The position numbers and the translations under genes were made by a program. The notes under the pieces are model-generated. The model was given only the letters and a program-made list of their open reading frames with translations. It ran no database searches and was not told where the DNA came from. From Octopus sinensis (lineage: Eukaryota), in assembly GCF_006345805.1 (NCBI RefSeq), contig NC_043002.1:78058001-78122000 (forward strand): DNA of 64,000 nucleotides. The letters are read 5' to 3'. Shown here in pieces: positions 14,069 to 25,673 of the stretch (within the stretch, counting starts at the first letter, position 1; each line of letters begins with the position of its first letter).

Positions 14069-14805
14069 CTTCGACAATTTCTTTTTTTTTTTTTACATTC
14101 TTCATTTCTTAACCTTAACAATCCTTTCCTTTCACCTTCAGTAGAATGATATGCATAAACTGAAAATGAAGAATTGTCACGATACTCTGGGATGAGAATT
14201 TCTATTCTAAGCTAAGAATTACAATAAAATCAATCAAAGAAACAGTACACAGCACTGAGAACTCAACTTGTAAGTCCTCTGCAAAATTCAATCCAGTATG
14301 GCTGCTCTTGAAAATTTAAATACCATTCAAATGAATACATTTCTTTCTAGACAGTAACAGTGATTAAGAACATTAAAGCCATTGGGATAAGCGATAGTTT
14401 CAATTTTAATTCAAGGAAATGAATGCAAAAATGTCATGTGACAATGATCTAAAGTGTAGTGTAATTAATAATACAAAATGATTAGCATAATAGTCTGATC
14501 GATTGTTGCAACACGATATTATTCAAATCCTATATTTTTAGTCAGTTGATGACTATATTAGCTTGATTTGTAATGATGAATTAACTGTTGACTGATTGCA
14601 TCCAAAGCACAACTTGATTTCTTACACAGCCTAATAAATCAAAGCCCAAAATATTCTTCCATATATTAGATGTTTCTTTCACTCAGCACTATTCTTATCA
14701 AATATGAATTATTTATTAACATTCCATTTCTTTATATAATTTTCTTTCATCCCATTTTGTCTGTCAGTCTATGTATGTATAATATATATATGTATAATGA
14801 ATATA

Positions 14806-15200
14806 GGCGCAGGAGTGGCTGTGTGGTAAGTAGCTTGCTTACCAACCACATGGATCCGGGTTCAGTCCCACTGCGTGGCACCTTGGGCAAGTGTCTTCTA
14901 CTATAGCCTCGGGCCGACCAAAGCCTTGTGAGTGGATTTGGTAGACGGAAACTGAAAGAAGCCCGTCGTATATATGTATATATATATATGTGTGTGTGTT
15001 CGTTTGTCTGTGTTTGTCCCCCTAGCATTGCTTGACAACTGATGCTGGTGTGTTTATGTCCCCGTCAGTGGTTCGGCAAAAGAGACCGATAGAATAAGTA
15101 CTGGGCTTACAAAGAATAAGTCCCGGGGTCGAGTTGCTTGACTAAAGGCGGTGCTCCAGCATGGCCGCAGTCAAATGACTGAAACAAGTAAAAGAGTAAA
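14806..15200 (+). mobile_element. tRNA-derived SINE (head + CORE-like segment + microsatellite hinge + tail A); best-preserved copy in the window
   Basis: Box A-like TGGCTGTGTGG at 14816-14826, box B-like GGTTCAGTCC at 14859-14868, CORE-like ccttgggcaagtgtctt, (TA)/(TG) hinge, ends in gactgaaacaagtaaaagagtaaa. More than 15 homologous segments in the window. Confidence 0.9.
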
Positions 15201-16036
15201 TAGTCAGAGTATATATGTATAATGTATATATGTGTGTGTATGTATGATGTTGGTGTAATAAAAATTTAGCGGCTTCAAGAGAACGTGAAATAATTCTTTT
15301 TTCAAATGGTGAAATTTGAAACCGATAAAGCTATAAAATATTACCATGTACTTATTGAGTTTTAAAAATCCTTTGGATAGAAAAAAAAATCAAAGGCTAT
15401 GGGAGTTCCAATGGTTGAACATCTTTCATGTTTACAGATGTGGCTTTGTGCCCCACAGACAGCCTTTGACTTTTTCTATCCAAAGGGATTTTTAGCTCCA
15501 AATTTACATATTATTTATAAGCTTTCTCTACTCTTTGAGCCTCACCATTCTCAAAAAGATACATATGTATATTGATATATTTTGTTTGTATTTTAATTTC
15601 TGAGTTTTGCAGATGTCAGTGTTTTTGAGTTATATACTTGTGATTTGTGTTCCAAGCATACATATTTCTATATATTCATAAATAATGTTACATTATATTT
15701 TTAATGCTCTTTGATGTTGGAAGTAGTGAACTTGCCTTAAAAGTGTTGAAATCACGAGGATATTTGATTGCCAGCTGATGAGGGGAAATTCCTATTTCCT
15801 CACCTACGTAAAATGTGTTTTTCATTCTCTTGGTAATGCCTCTGCTCATTGTCACTGTTTTGTTTGATATATTTTACATTACCTGGAATAGTGCTGGTTC
15901 CTCTTTATTGGTCGTTAATATACTATATAACAGGTTAGTCAAAACATTTTATACTAGGGTGAGACTTTTTTTCTAAATAGATATAGCTTATCATGATTGT
16001 AGAATCATTATGCAGGAGATATAAAGCGAACACACA

Positions 16037-16039
<3 letters not shown>

Positions 16040-16101
<62 letters not shown>
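16040..16101. repeat. (TA)n microsatellite (others at about 8306, 16800, 18699, 25738, 26376, 35000, 56837, 61724)
   Basis: Directly visible. Confidence 0.95.
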
Positions 16102-16102
<1 letters not shown>

Positions 16103-16121
16103 AAGATGTGGTTAACTCCAT

Positions 16122-16468
16122 GCATGGTGATGTGGTTGAGAAGATTGCTTCCCAACCATATGGTTTTGAGTTCAGTCTTACATCATAGCACCTTGGGCAA
16201 GTTCTGTTATAGCTTCAGGCCAATCAAAGCCTTGAGTGAATTTAGTTGATGGAAACTGAAAGAAACCCATTGTATGTGTGTGTTTGTGTGTTAGCGATAG
16301 CATCACCTTAGTCTTCTGTTAAAATATTTCTTGCTTTTGGGAAATATACCCTTACTTGAAATAGGCAAAGGTTGGTGTTAGGAAGAGCATCCAGTCATAG
16401 AAAATTTGCCCCAGTGAATTCCATCATGCCATGCATGCATGGAAAAATGGATGTTAAAACAATAATGG
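16122..16468 (+). mobile_element. tRNA-headed SINE, tail-B type
   Basis: Head homologous to 14806, then ggaagagcatccag...gcatggaaaaatggatgttaaaac. Confidence 0.7.
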
Positions 16469-16482
16469 TGTAAATATATATA

Positions 16483-16791
16483 TCACCTGGATCAGCCAGG
16501 CTGTCTGGTGCCAATTCGGCTCTGCTGGCTACAGCGTTCACTCCCTTGCCCTTGTGCTCTCCTATTCTCCTCCATGTTGCTCCAAACATTATTCTTAAAT
16601 CATCTTCTCACCTGATAAGAAGTCTTTCAAGTAGTCTCTTCCACTCATGTGGGTACCACCATACGACAACTGCACAGGTCCACTGATCATCTGTGAACCT
16701 TGCAACATTGTAGCTTCATGTGGTGGTATTCTGCAACAACATTGTAAGAGATCACATCCGGAACAAGGAGATCAGGGATAGAACTGGAGTG
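16483..16791 (-). mobile_element. RTE-clade LINE C-terminal fragment with an inverted 5' segment
   Basis: The - strand (about 16483-16710) reads NVARFTDDQWTCAVVVWWYPHEWKRLLERLLIR*EDDLRIMFGATWRR; the + strand (16744-16791) reads VRDHIRNKEIRDRTGV. Both are RTE C-terminal motifs. Confidence 0.65.
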
Positions 16792-16795
16792 AATG

Positions 16796-16826
<31 letters not shown>

Positions 16827-16833
16827 CATGAAG

Positions 16834-17225
16834 GCAAAGTGGCCGAGTTCCTTTTGGGCATTGGGCCTCACAGACGCAAAGTGGTCAAGTTCCTTTTGAG
16901 CATTGAACTTCGCATAGGCAAAGTGGCTGAGTTCCTTTAGAGTGTTGGGTCTCACAGAGGCAGTTACTGAAGCCTTTGGCATTACTTCATGCTTGAGAAG
17001 ACCAATCAAGCCAAGCAAAATTGCAGTCATGGCGGATACTGGTGTCACGCAAACGTCACCTGTGCCAGTGGCACATAAAAGTACCCATTACATTCTCAGT
17101 GTGGTTGGTGTTAAGAAGGGCATCTAGCCATAGAAAACCATGCCAAATCAGACTGGAGTCTGGTGCAGCCTTTCAGCTTACCTGGTCAAACCGTCCAATC
17201 TATGCCAGCATGGACGAACGAATGA
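16834..17225 (+). mobile_element. RTE 3' end fragment beginning with a 3 x 42-bp tandem repeat
   Basis: Units start at 16834, 16876 and 16918; downstream sequence is homologous to 21066-21620. Confidence 0.7.
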
Positions 17226-17251
17226 CACAGTCACACGACACACTGACATAC

Positions 17252-17259
<8 letters not shown>

Positions 17260-17331
<72 letters not shown>
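17260..17331. repeat. (CA)n microsatellite, about 36 units
   Basis: Directly visible. Confidence 0.95.
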
Positions 17332-17335
<4 letters not shown>

Positions 17336-17498
17336 ACCACACACCCAACACACACACACCCCACACCCACTACCTACTAAACACTACAATATACTTGCAG
17401 CAGTTTTTTTATCGTTAATGTGTATTATAAATTTTAATGTTGACATGTAATAATTGAATATATTGTAGAAAATGCAAAAGAAAGAAGATACATATATA

Positions 17499-17893
17499 TC
17501 TTTTATCTTTTCACTAGTTTCAGTCATTTTTTACTGCAGCCATACTGGGGTACCGGTTAGTAGGGTTTTAGTCAAATTAACCTCAGGACTTATTTTTGTA
17601 AAGCCTGATACTTATTCTATCAGTATCTTTTATTGAACTGCTAAGTTACGGGGATGTGAATACACCAACACTGGTTGTTGAGTGATGGTGAGGGACAAAC
17701 ACAGATACAAAGACGCACACAGATATAAACATATCTATGTGACAGGCTTTCAGTTTCCATCAGTCAACTCCATTCACAAGGTTCTGGTCAGCCCAAGGCT
17801 ATAGCAGAAGACACTTGGCCAAAGTGCCACAGAGTGCGACCAAACCTGGGACCATGTGGTTGAGAAGCAAGCTTCTTACCACACAACCATGCC
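17499..17893 (-). mobile_element. tRNA-headed SINE, tail-A type
   Basis: Reverse complement is colinear with 14806-15200. Confidence 0.8.
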
Positions 17894-18021
17894 TCTATGT
17901 TGATTATTATAATTGTTTAATATTCAAATATGAAAGAAATTCAGATATTAATTCTTAACACCTTAATTATTAATATGCAATATATGTGCGCAAAAACATG
18001 CTTTTCCTCTGCTTATTTTAA

Positions 18022-18242
18022 CCCTTTAGCATTTAAACCGGCCATATCCGGCCAAAAGTATTCTGCCTGTTTTATGTTCAAATTGGCCAGATCTGGTCTC
18101 TCACACCAACCTTACAATATCATTTTAAAAATTAACAGCTACCTCATCAAATTCTCATAGTTACAAGATAATGTTTGATTAGTTCAAAACAAAGTGGATG
18201 AAAAAGCATTAATTTTGGCAGAATAATGCGAATACTAAAAGG
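18022..18242. mobile_element. piggyBac-type MITE family A (221 bp)
   Basis: TTAA at 18018-18021 and 18243-18246; termini CCCTTTAGCATT ... AATACTAAAAGG; no coding capacity. Confidence 0.8.
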
Positions 18243-18510
18243 TTAAGATAAGATGAATGTTTGAAACAAAAAAAAATTTTCCCAAGTTTTGCTTGTTTGT
18301 CATATGACTTGGTTAAATTTTCATTATCATCATCACATTTCTTGCAACCATACATTGGACGAAGGCTATTAAGGCAGTTTTTTGCAGCCAGGTGCTCTTC
18401 TTGTAACCAATCCTTCTTTGTGTTTCAAGTAGGGTACAAATGTCAATAATCCTGCAACAGCTATAAGATGCTATAGTTGTTTGTTTGTGAAGATAATGTT
18501 CGGTTGTAAA

Positions 18511-18693
18511 GGTGCAGGAGTGGCTGTGTGGTAAGTAGCTTGCTTACCAACCACATGGTTCCGGGTTCAGTCCCACTGCGTGGCACCTTGGGCAAGTGTC
18601 TTCTACTATAGCCTTGGGCTGACCAAAGTCTTGTAAGTGGATTTGGTAGACGGAAACTGAAAGAAGACTCGTGTGTGTATGTATGTATGTATG

Positions 18694-18740
<47 letters not shown>

Positions 18741-19067
18741 ATCATCTGTCTGGATGTTTTGTTGTCCCTTTTTTTGTATCACCTAGTTGTTCGAATGTCT
18801 TGCGTTATTGTCCCATTTGTATTTTATATACACACACACATATATGTTGTATATATGTTTGTGTGTCTGTGTTTGTCTCCCCACCATTGCTTGACAACTG
18901 ACGTTGGTGTGTTTATATCCTCATAACTTAGTGGTTCAGCAAGAGAGACTGATAGAATAAGTACTAGGCTTACAAAGAATAAGTCCTGGGTTTGATTTGT
19001 TCAACTAAATGTGGTGCTCCAGCATGGTTGCACTCAGATGACTGAAACAAATAAAAGAACAAAAGAA
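18511..19067 (+). mobile_element. tRNA-headed SINE, tail-A type, with an expanded and interrupted (TA)n hinge
   Basis: Well-preserved head at 18511-18670 and tail at 18850-19067. Confidence 0.85.
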
Positions 19068-20777
19068 TCCTCAGAGCTTGTCCATGCTTTCAGTTTTGCT
19101 TTTTTTTTCTTCTTTCCATTAGAATGAAGTGTCAAGAATTGTCATAAAGTGTCATAAGTTCAAGGTTTTTCTTTTTTTTTTTTTTTTTTTTTTCTTAAAT
19201 GAAAAACAATATTGTTTACTTGCTTAATCTTAAACATATTTTAAAAAAGAAGCAAAGGTCATGTAAATTTATTTCCAAGCACTAGTAATCTATACGAAGA
19301 AAATAGGGTGCAACTGAGAACTGAATTGAAATGCTGGTCACTAGCTTTCTGTAGTACACCTTGACAAAATGCCATTTTAAATAAATACAATACAGCCATG
19401 AAATTAGCTGACTTAAACACTCAAGATGGTGAACAGGTTAACAGCTTAAGTGATTAAGATCTCATTGATGGCAGAAAAATCTAGAGCTGAATATCAGCTA
19501 ATTAGTAAAGGTAAAATTTCAGCTTAAATTCTTTAATTTCTCCAAATTAGTAGTGGTGGTGGTGGTGGTGGTAGTAGTAATAGTAGTAGTAGTAATTTCT
19601 TGCTTTATTAAGTCCCCTTCTCCTGATTCATTATAGTAATATGAGTTGCTTGCTGTTAGGGGTTATATTTTCTTTTCTTACTCATTAGATGTCTGTCTTG
19701 TTAGTCAGCCTGAGATGTGCACTAATTTTTTCGTCTTTTGAGAAATAAATAACATTGAATGCATTTTATATAGTAGTTTTTGTTTCTCTATCATTTCCAT
19801 CTTTTATCTCTTCATATCTATACAACCTTTATCTGTAGGTTATGCATTGTACTCTGTGTCATACTTAGGCTTTCGGTTTGACTTAGCTGTAAAGCTTTTG
19901 ATTCAGATATTTTGCTTTTTTAATTTTCAATGACTTGCATTAAAAAAATAAAGCTCATGTTTTAGGTCTCTCTAAAATACACACCAAAGCTTTAGATAGA
20001 TACATTCTTATGGTTATCTTAACTAATGACTAAACAGGATATTTTTGTTACTTGGAGGAAGATCTGCAAGAGATCTTTAGTTTAGATTTCAACAAAGAAC
20101 ATATGCTGTGTTTTTTTAATTACAAATTATCAACCAAAGTGTATTGTATGAGGAGATATAATCGTAACATTTTAGCTATAGCAAGAACAGAAGGAATTCC
20201 TTTTCTGGAAGAATAGCGATATGCACTGCTGCAAACTTGTTCAACTGATAGTAGCATATAAAAATAGGCATTAAATGATACCATTGTGTATATATGTGTG
20301 TGTGAGTGAGTGTATGTGTGTGATTTTGAATTTTACTTGAAATTTTTATTTCAAGGAGATTTTGAAAATTTCTGGTGTATTTATTTTCTGACAGTTTTGT
20401 GTTTATAAATACTGGTATTACAATTCCAAGAGAAACATATGTGGAAGAATTATTCGTTTATTTCAGCACCTTTCTTATGTGATGTAATACAAGGGACTAA
20501 TATAAATAATGAATAAAATGTTTAAGTTACTTGTTGCCCAAATTTAGTTGCTGCTGTCAAAATAGATGAGATGTATTTGAAAAAAAAAAAACTTTGTATT
20601 TTAATTCAACTGAGTAAGTACTTCAGATAATATATTTATCTGTTAAAAAAAAATATATTAAACGGCCATATTTTTTTGTTCAGTAAATGAAGTAAATTAG
20701 ATAAAAACTTGTATACTCCTTGGAGTAAAAATCTACACTTTTAAGCTAAACATGGCCAAGAATTTTAAGAGAATAAG

Positions 20778-21620
20778 TTAGCTGAAGACATGCATAGGCT
20801 CGAAAGAAATGAAGCTAGCATGATCCACTGGATGTGTAATGTCAGTGTGCACACATGGCAGAGTATAAGTGCCCTGGGAGAAATGTTGAACATAAGAAGC
20901 ATCAGATGTGGCTTGCAAGAGAGACGTGTGCGTTGGTATGGTCATGTACTATGGATGGATAAGGAGGGCTGTGTGAAGAAGTGTCACTCCCAAACAGTGA
21001 AAGAAATCCGAGGTAGAGGGAGACCCAGAAAGACATGGGATGATGTGGTGAAGCATAACCTTTGAATGTTGGGCCTCACAGGCAATGACAAAAGACTGAG
21101 ACCTCTGGAGATATGCTGTGACGGAGATGACCGGGAAAATAAAGTGAGTTTACAGCTGTAACCTACACCAGTGTCGCATAACCAGCCCACTCAAAAGTAC
21201 CTTGGATCATAGGGTGACATGCCATGCTTGAGGAGACCTATTGAGTCAAGTACATCAAAATCAAATCAAATCACAATCAAATGGAAATTATAGTTGTGAT
21301 CCCCATGCTAGTGGCACGTAAAAAGCATCATCCAAATGTGGCCAATGCTAGTGCTGCCTTGACTGGTTTCTATGCTGGTGGCACGTAAAAAACACCCTCT
21401 GATAGTGGTCGATGCCAACTCTCTCTGGCCCCTGTGCTTGTAGCATGTAAAAAGCATCCACTACACTCTTGGAGTGGTTGACATTAGGAAGGGCATCCAG
21501 CTGTAGAAATACTGCCAGATCAGACTGGAGCCTGGTGCAGCCTCCTGGCTTCCCAGACCTCAGTCGAACCATCCAATCCATGCCAGCATGGAAAACGGAT
21601 GTTAAACAATGATGATGATG
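20778..21620 (+). mobile_element. 5'-truncated RTE-clade LINE: ORF C-terminus (20790-21065) plus long 3' UTR and (GAT)n tail
   Basis: ERNEASM..W, RRVRWYGHVLWM and GRGRPRKTWDDVV are RTE C-terminal motifs; ends in gcatggaaaacggatgttaaacaatgatgatgatg. Confidence 0.88.
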
Positions 21621-23263
21621 TTTCATATTTGATTTTGTGTTGGTCACAGTTTCCAGTATTCATTTAGCTATTAGTTTCCCTAAAATTATTAAACCATCTT
21701 ATCATTAATACAGATGTTGTATTATTTATTTATTTGCTTAATTTATATTTAGTGAAATATTCTAAAACTAGAGTAATTAGTGAAACTAACTTGTTTGGCA
21801 AGAAACTGATAAATATAATGACTGGAGACGTAGCACTATGGAGAATGAAAGCTACTTGGATAATTAAGTTTAATCTATTCTAGCAAATTTAATACCACCT
21901 TTTAATTTTTTAGACATTTTATCAATGTATACATTATATATGAAAGAAGATTAACTTGTAATTTCTGAGGAGGATGTAATATGAAAGCTCTAAAACATTG
22001 TTTGGTGAGAAACCATCTTGAATTTTAAAACAATGTGAAGTAAAGCTTGGCTATTTCCTAAAGGATTTTACTTTACTTGAAGGTTATCACGAACCACACC
22101 GTTGCCAGACTGCTTTCTTCATCTATGGATATCTTCATGAAGAGTTCCTATCTTCTAGAATTTATTTCAGTCAATATTTTCCTATGATCTTTCACAATTG
22201 ACAGCTGTAGATTCAACTTTTGCAACACTGAAACAAAAAGCTTATTCTTTCTCTTAGTTTTCGATGGCTTCTTTTTAATTTTTTTAAACATTTTTGCTTT
22301 AGAATTGTTAATTTTATTAACAAGAAAATTGATTTAAAAATATCAATTCTATTCTTCTCAAAACACAATTAAATTGTTTTGTGTTAAGATAATTTACTGA
22401 TGTAAAAGATATATTTTTTGTTGTTGATAATTTAGAACTGAAAACAATAGCTTAGTTAGTGGGTTACGTTTTGGCTAAACTGATAAAGGGAGTACAATTC
22501 TTTAGTTTTAAGTCTTCAGTTAGTTTAATATACACCAGATCAATCAATATCCCTGTTTAACCTCAGTGATAAAACTACTTGAATGATCAGACACAGTCGC
22601 TAGATTGATGGAAAGAAATCTCTGCTGTGACGGTAGCGCTATAGTGTTAGTGTAACACGAGAAAGTCGTTTTATCGAATACTTTATTGATTTGATATCAA
22701 TCATGTTGAAATTTAGCTGAGGCCATCTTGAACAATGTCTGTTTGTGTTTTTGAACAGCTGGTCTAGTTGATTAGAAAATGGTGCTCAGATGATTTCTTT
22801 GTTACTCTAACTGGTATTGATTACTTAGTTAGCTTCAAGGTCAGATGTCTGTCTCATTAATTTATTTCAACTAAAATAATGCTATTTTTTTTCTCTGATG
22901 ACTAGCTGCTTGAGTATGGTGTGTGTATGTATATCTTTGTCATCATCATCACCATTTTTTTTTCCACCATACTCCCATAGCGTTAAGGTCTATTTCCCAT
23001 ATTAACATGGATTATCTTGCTTTGCATTAAGATCTATCACCACCTGTCTTAAGTTTGATTTATTTCTTTAATTAATTCCAGGTTGGTTGTGTTGGCAGAA
23101 ACATTAGAACATGGTAGTAAATTGCCTTACTATATTTAGTTTTTGTCTCTATGTTCTGGGTTCATATCCTGCTGGGATCAACTTTGCTTTCCATTTCACT
23201 GTAGTTGGTTAAATAACTTATATATTGAGTCATATATGTACGTGTGTATTTTCTAATCAATTA

Positions 23264-23640
23264 GGTGCATATGTGACTGTGTGGTTAAGAAGCTAGCTCT
23301 CTAACCATGTGGTCTTGGGTACAGTCCCACTGCCATCTACTATAGCCCCGGGCCAACCAAAACCATGTAAATAGATTTGGTAAAAGAAACTTAAAGAAGC
23401 TCATTGTGTGTCTGTGTGTTTGTCCTTTTGAAGACATCATGAGATAGTTTTAAATGAGCATCATTGTCATACAAGCAGGATTATTCATTTGTAGTCTTCC
23501 ATGTAAAACATGTCTAGCTATGGAAAAATAATACCTTTCTTGCAAACAGGCAATGACAGGAAGAGCATCTAGCTGTAGAAAATCTGCTTCAACAAATTCC
23601 ATTTCACCTACATAAGTATGGATGTTAAATGACAGTAATG
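23264..23640 (+). mobile_element. tRNA-headed SINE, tail-B type
   Basis: Head homologous to 14806; tail homologous to 46700-46968 and to the RTE 3' terminus. Confidence 0.75.
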
Positions 23641-24483
23641 ATTATATATATATATAATTTTTATTGACTCAAAAAGCAAAAGCAAGGCCATGTAGGGGGA
23701 CAGGGAGTTATGTACAGGGAGGGTGGTCATACAAAGAATTCAGGCCATTTCTGGTCAAGAGAGACTTTGAATCGAGTGGTCGTCAGCATCTTCACTATCT
23801 CGTCTGCTAGCTTATTCTACGGATCTGCAACCCAGACGGAGAAAGCCCCTCTCCTTCGATTGAGATGAAATTGTCGTAGATAGAGCTTTTCGGAGTGACC
23901 CCACAGCCCACACTCTAGAGCAGGAGTGAAGAACAGCTCTTTCAAGAGGTTACACTTTCCGCTAATGATGTTGTGAGCGAGAATAAGATCACCACGGCGG
24001 CGGCGTTTTTCGAGAGAATGAAGGTCAAGCGTCTTCAACCTTTCTTCATAAGACAAATGCTTGAGACCAAGAACCATGCAGGTAGCCAGCTTCTGGACTC
24101 TTTCAAGATGATGTATGTCTTTGAGGAGATAAGGAGAAGAGGCTTGAATCCCGTACTCCAATATGGGTCTCACCAGCGTGACATAGAGCGGTAGGAATAT
24201 GGCTGCTGTGAGCATTCCGAATAACTGTTGAATCAAAAACAGAACTCCGCGTGCTTTGTTGGCAGCATGGACGCATTGGGCCGAAGACGAAAAGGAAGAA
24301 TCCACCAAGATACCCAGGTCCTTTAATTGGCCGGTCTTCTCCAGCAGCAGATGACCTAGCTCGAAATCAAGTTGAGTTGCTGGAGAGGAGCCAACAGGCA
24401 GATGACAGCACTTTGACACGTTCAGACACAGGTCCTATTTGTTTGACCATCTCCAAACTTGGTGGAGGCATTGACGAAGATCA
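23641..24483 (-). mobile_element. 5'-truncated CR1-clade LINE (RT C-terminus, 3' UTR, (TA)n end)
   Basis: ORF 23817-24419 has LKDLGILVD, LYVTLVRPILEY, LERVQK, SYEERL..L.L.SLEKRRRRGDLI. It continues past a TGG>TAG stop as P*NKL...FKVSLDQKW and upstream as DLRQCLHQVWRWSNK*DLCLNVSKC. Confidence 0.92.
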
Positions 24484-24967
24484 TCTGGAAGAAAACAAGA
24501 ACTTTCAGATAGGGACTGTTGGACTCTTACACAAATTGTTAGAAAGGATCACAAAAGTACAGCTCTCAAAATTACTACAGAGCTTAATGACCACCCCGAG
24601 AACCCAGTTTCCACAAAAACTGTTTGTCAGGAGCTGCACAAAGCCGGATTTCACAGGAGGGTTGTAATCAGAAAACCACTACTTTCAAAAACAAATGTTG
24701 CAAGCGTTTAGAGTGGAGCAAAAACCTACTGAATTGGTCCCTAGAGCAGTGGAAGAGTGTTATTTTCTTGGACGAGCCATCCTTTACTTTATTTCTGACC
24801 ACTGGCCAAGTATACGCATGGAGACAGCCAAAAGAAGCATTTGACCCAGCCTGCCTTCTTCCAACTGTTAAACATGGAGGAAAATCTGTGATGATGGGGG
24901 GTAGGGGCTATATCTTGGAAATCTGCTGGTTTCCGTTCATGGCAAATTAATAGTCAAGACTATTTAA

Positions 24968-25162
24968 CCCTTTTGTTACTGTATTTATTTTGAGATGCTC
25001 TGTGTTTCTTTCAATTACTTTTAATATAACAAAGAGTTTAGTAAAATAACTTAGTTATCACTCAGCAAGTGTTTGGTGGAAGATTTTAATTCAAAACTTA
25101 TGAAAACAAGACATTTGTACTCAGAGCCAGAGCTGGTTTCAGCCAGGTTGGTATCAAAAAGG
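24968..25162. mobile_element. piggyBac-type MITE family B inserted in the Tc1 transposase
   Basis: TTAA at 24964-24967 and 25163-25166; inverted homolog of 40691-40910; removing it restores NSQDYLSILSDEIHPM. Confidence 0.85.
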
Positions 25163-25533
25163 TTAAGCATTTTATCTGATGAAATTCATCCTATGTTTGT
25201 GGAACTGTTTCTGGAGGGAAACAATCATTCAGGATGATAATGTACCAATTCATAAAACTAAAGTTGTTACTGAATGGCACGAAGAACATTCTAGTGAAGT
25301 TGAACATCTTATCTGGCCACCACCGTCCCCAGATCTCAATATTATTGAACATTTATGGTGCATTTTAGAAAAACAAGTAAGGAGTCGATATCCTCCACCA
25401 TCATCACTACAAGAACTGGAGACTTTTTAGCTGAAGAATGGACACGATTTAAACTTTGTATGAGTCCATACCTTGTAGAATTCAAGCTGTAATTACTGCC
25501 AAAATCAGTCCTACCCCATATTAAAATAAATTT

Positions 25534-25673
25534 ACATTATTTATATTTGATAGATATTTGTCCTCATCTTGTTTGTTGTTAACACAACGTTTCAGCTGGT
25601 ATACCCTCCCAGCCTTCATCAGATGACTTGGGGAAATTTTGAACCTGGGTTCTCATTCCTAAGTATAGAACGG
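25534..25673 (-). mobile_element. 140-bp retroposed insertion with a 12-bp TSD, carrying a hammerhead motif
   Basis: TAAAATAAATTT at 25522-25533 and 25674-25685 flanks the insert; removing it leaves a continuous Tc1 3' end. Confidence 0.8.
25581..25627 (-). ncRNA. Candidate minimal type I hammerhead ribozyme (Penelope/retrozyme-like), partly decayed
   Basis: The - strand reads gtcat CTGATGA a GGCTGG gagggtata CCAGCT GAAA CGTT gtgtt: both core boxes, a 6-bp helix II, palindromic AACGTT as helix III, a GUU cleavage triplet and a weak helix I. Confidence 0.6.

Noticed and set aside
14806-14880. tRNA gene
   Set aside because: Only A/B-box-like motifs without a full cloverleaf; it is the SINE head.
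15775-15802. CTGATGA plus the hairpin gaggggaaat/atttcctc
   Set aside because: No GAAA box follows the stem.
22070-22245. Minus-strand exon-like segment (tttttgtttcag ... gtaaag)
   Set aside because: Stops in all three frames and no recognisable product; no support for a nested gene.
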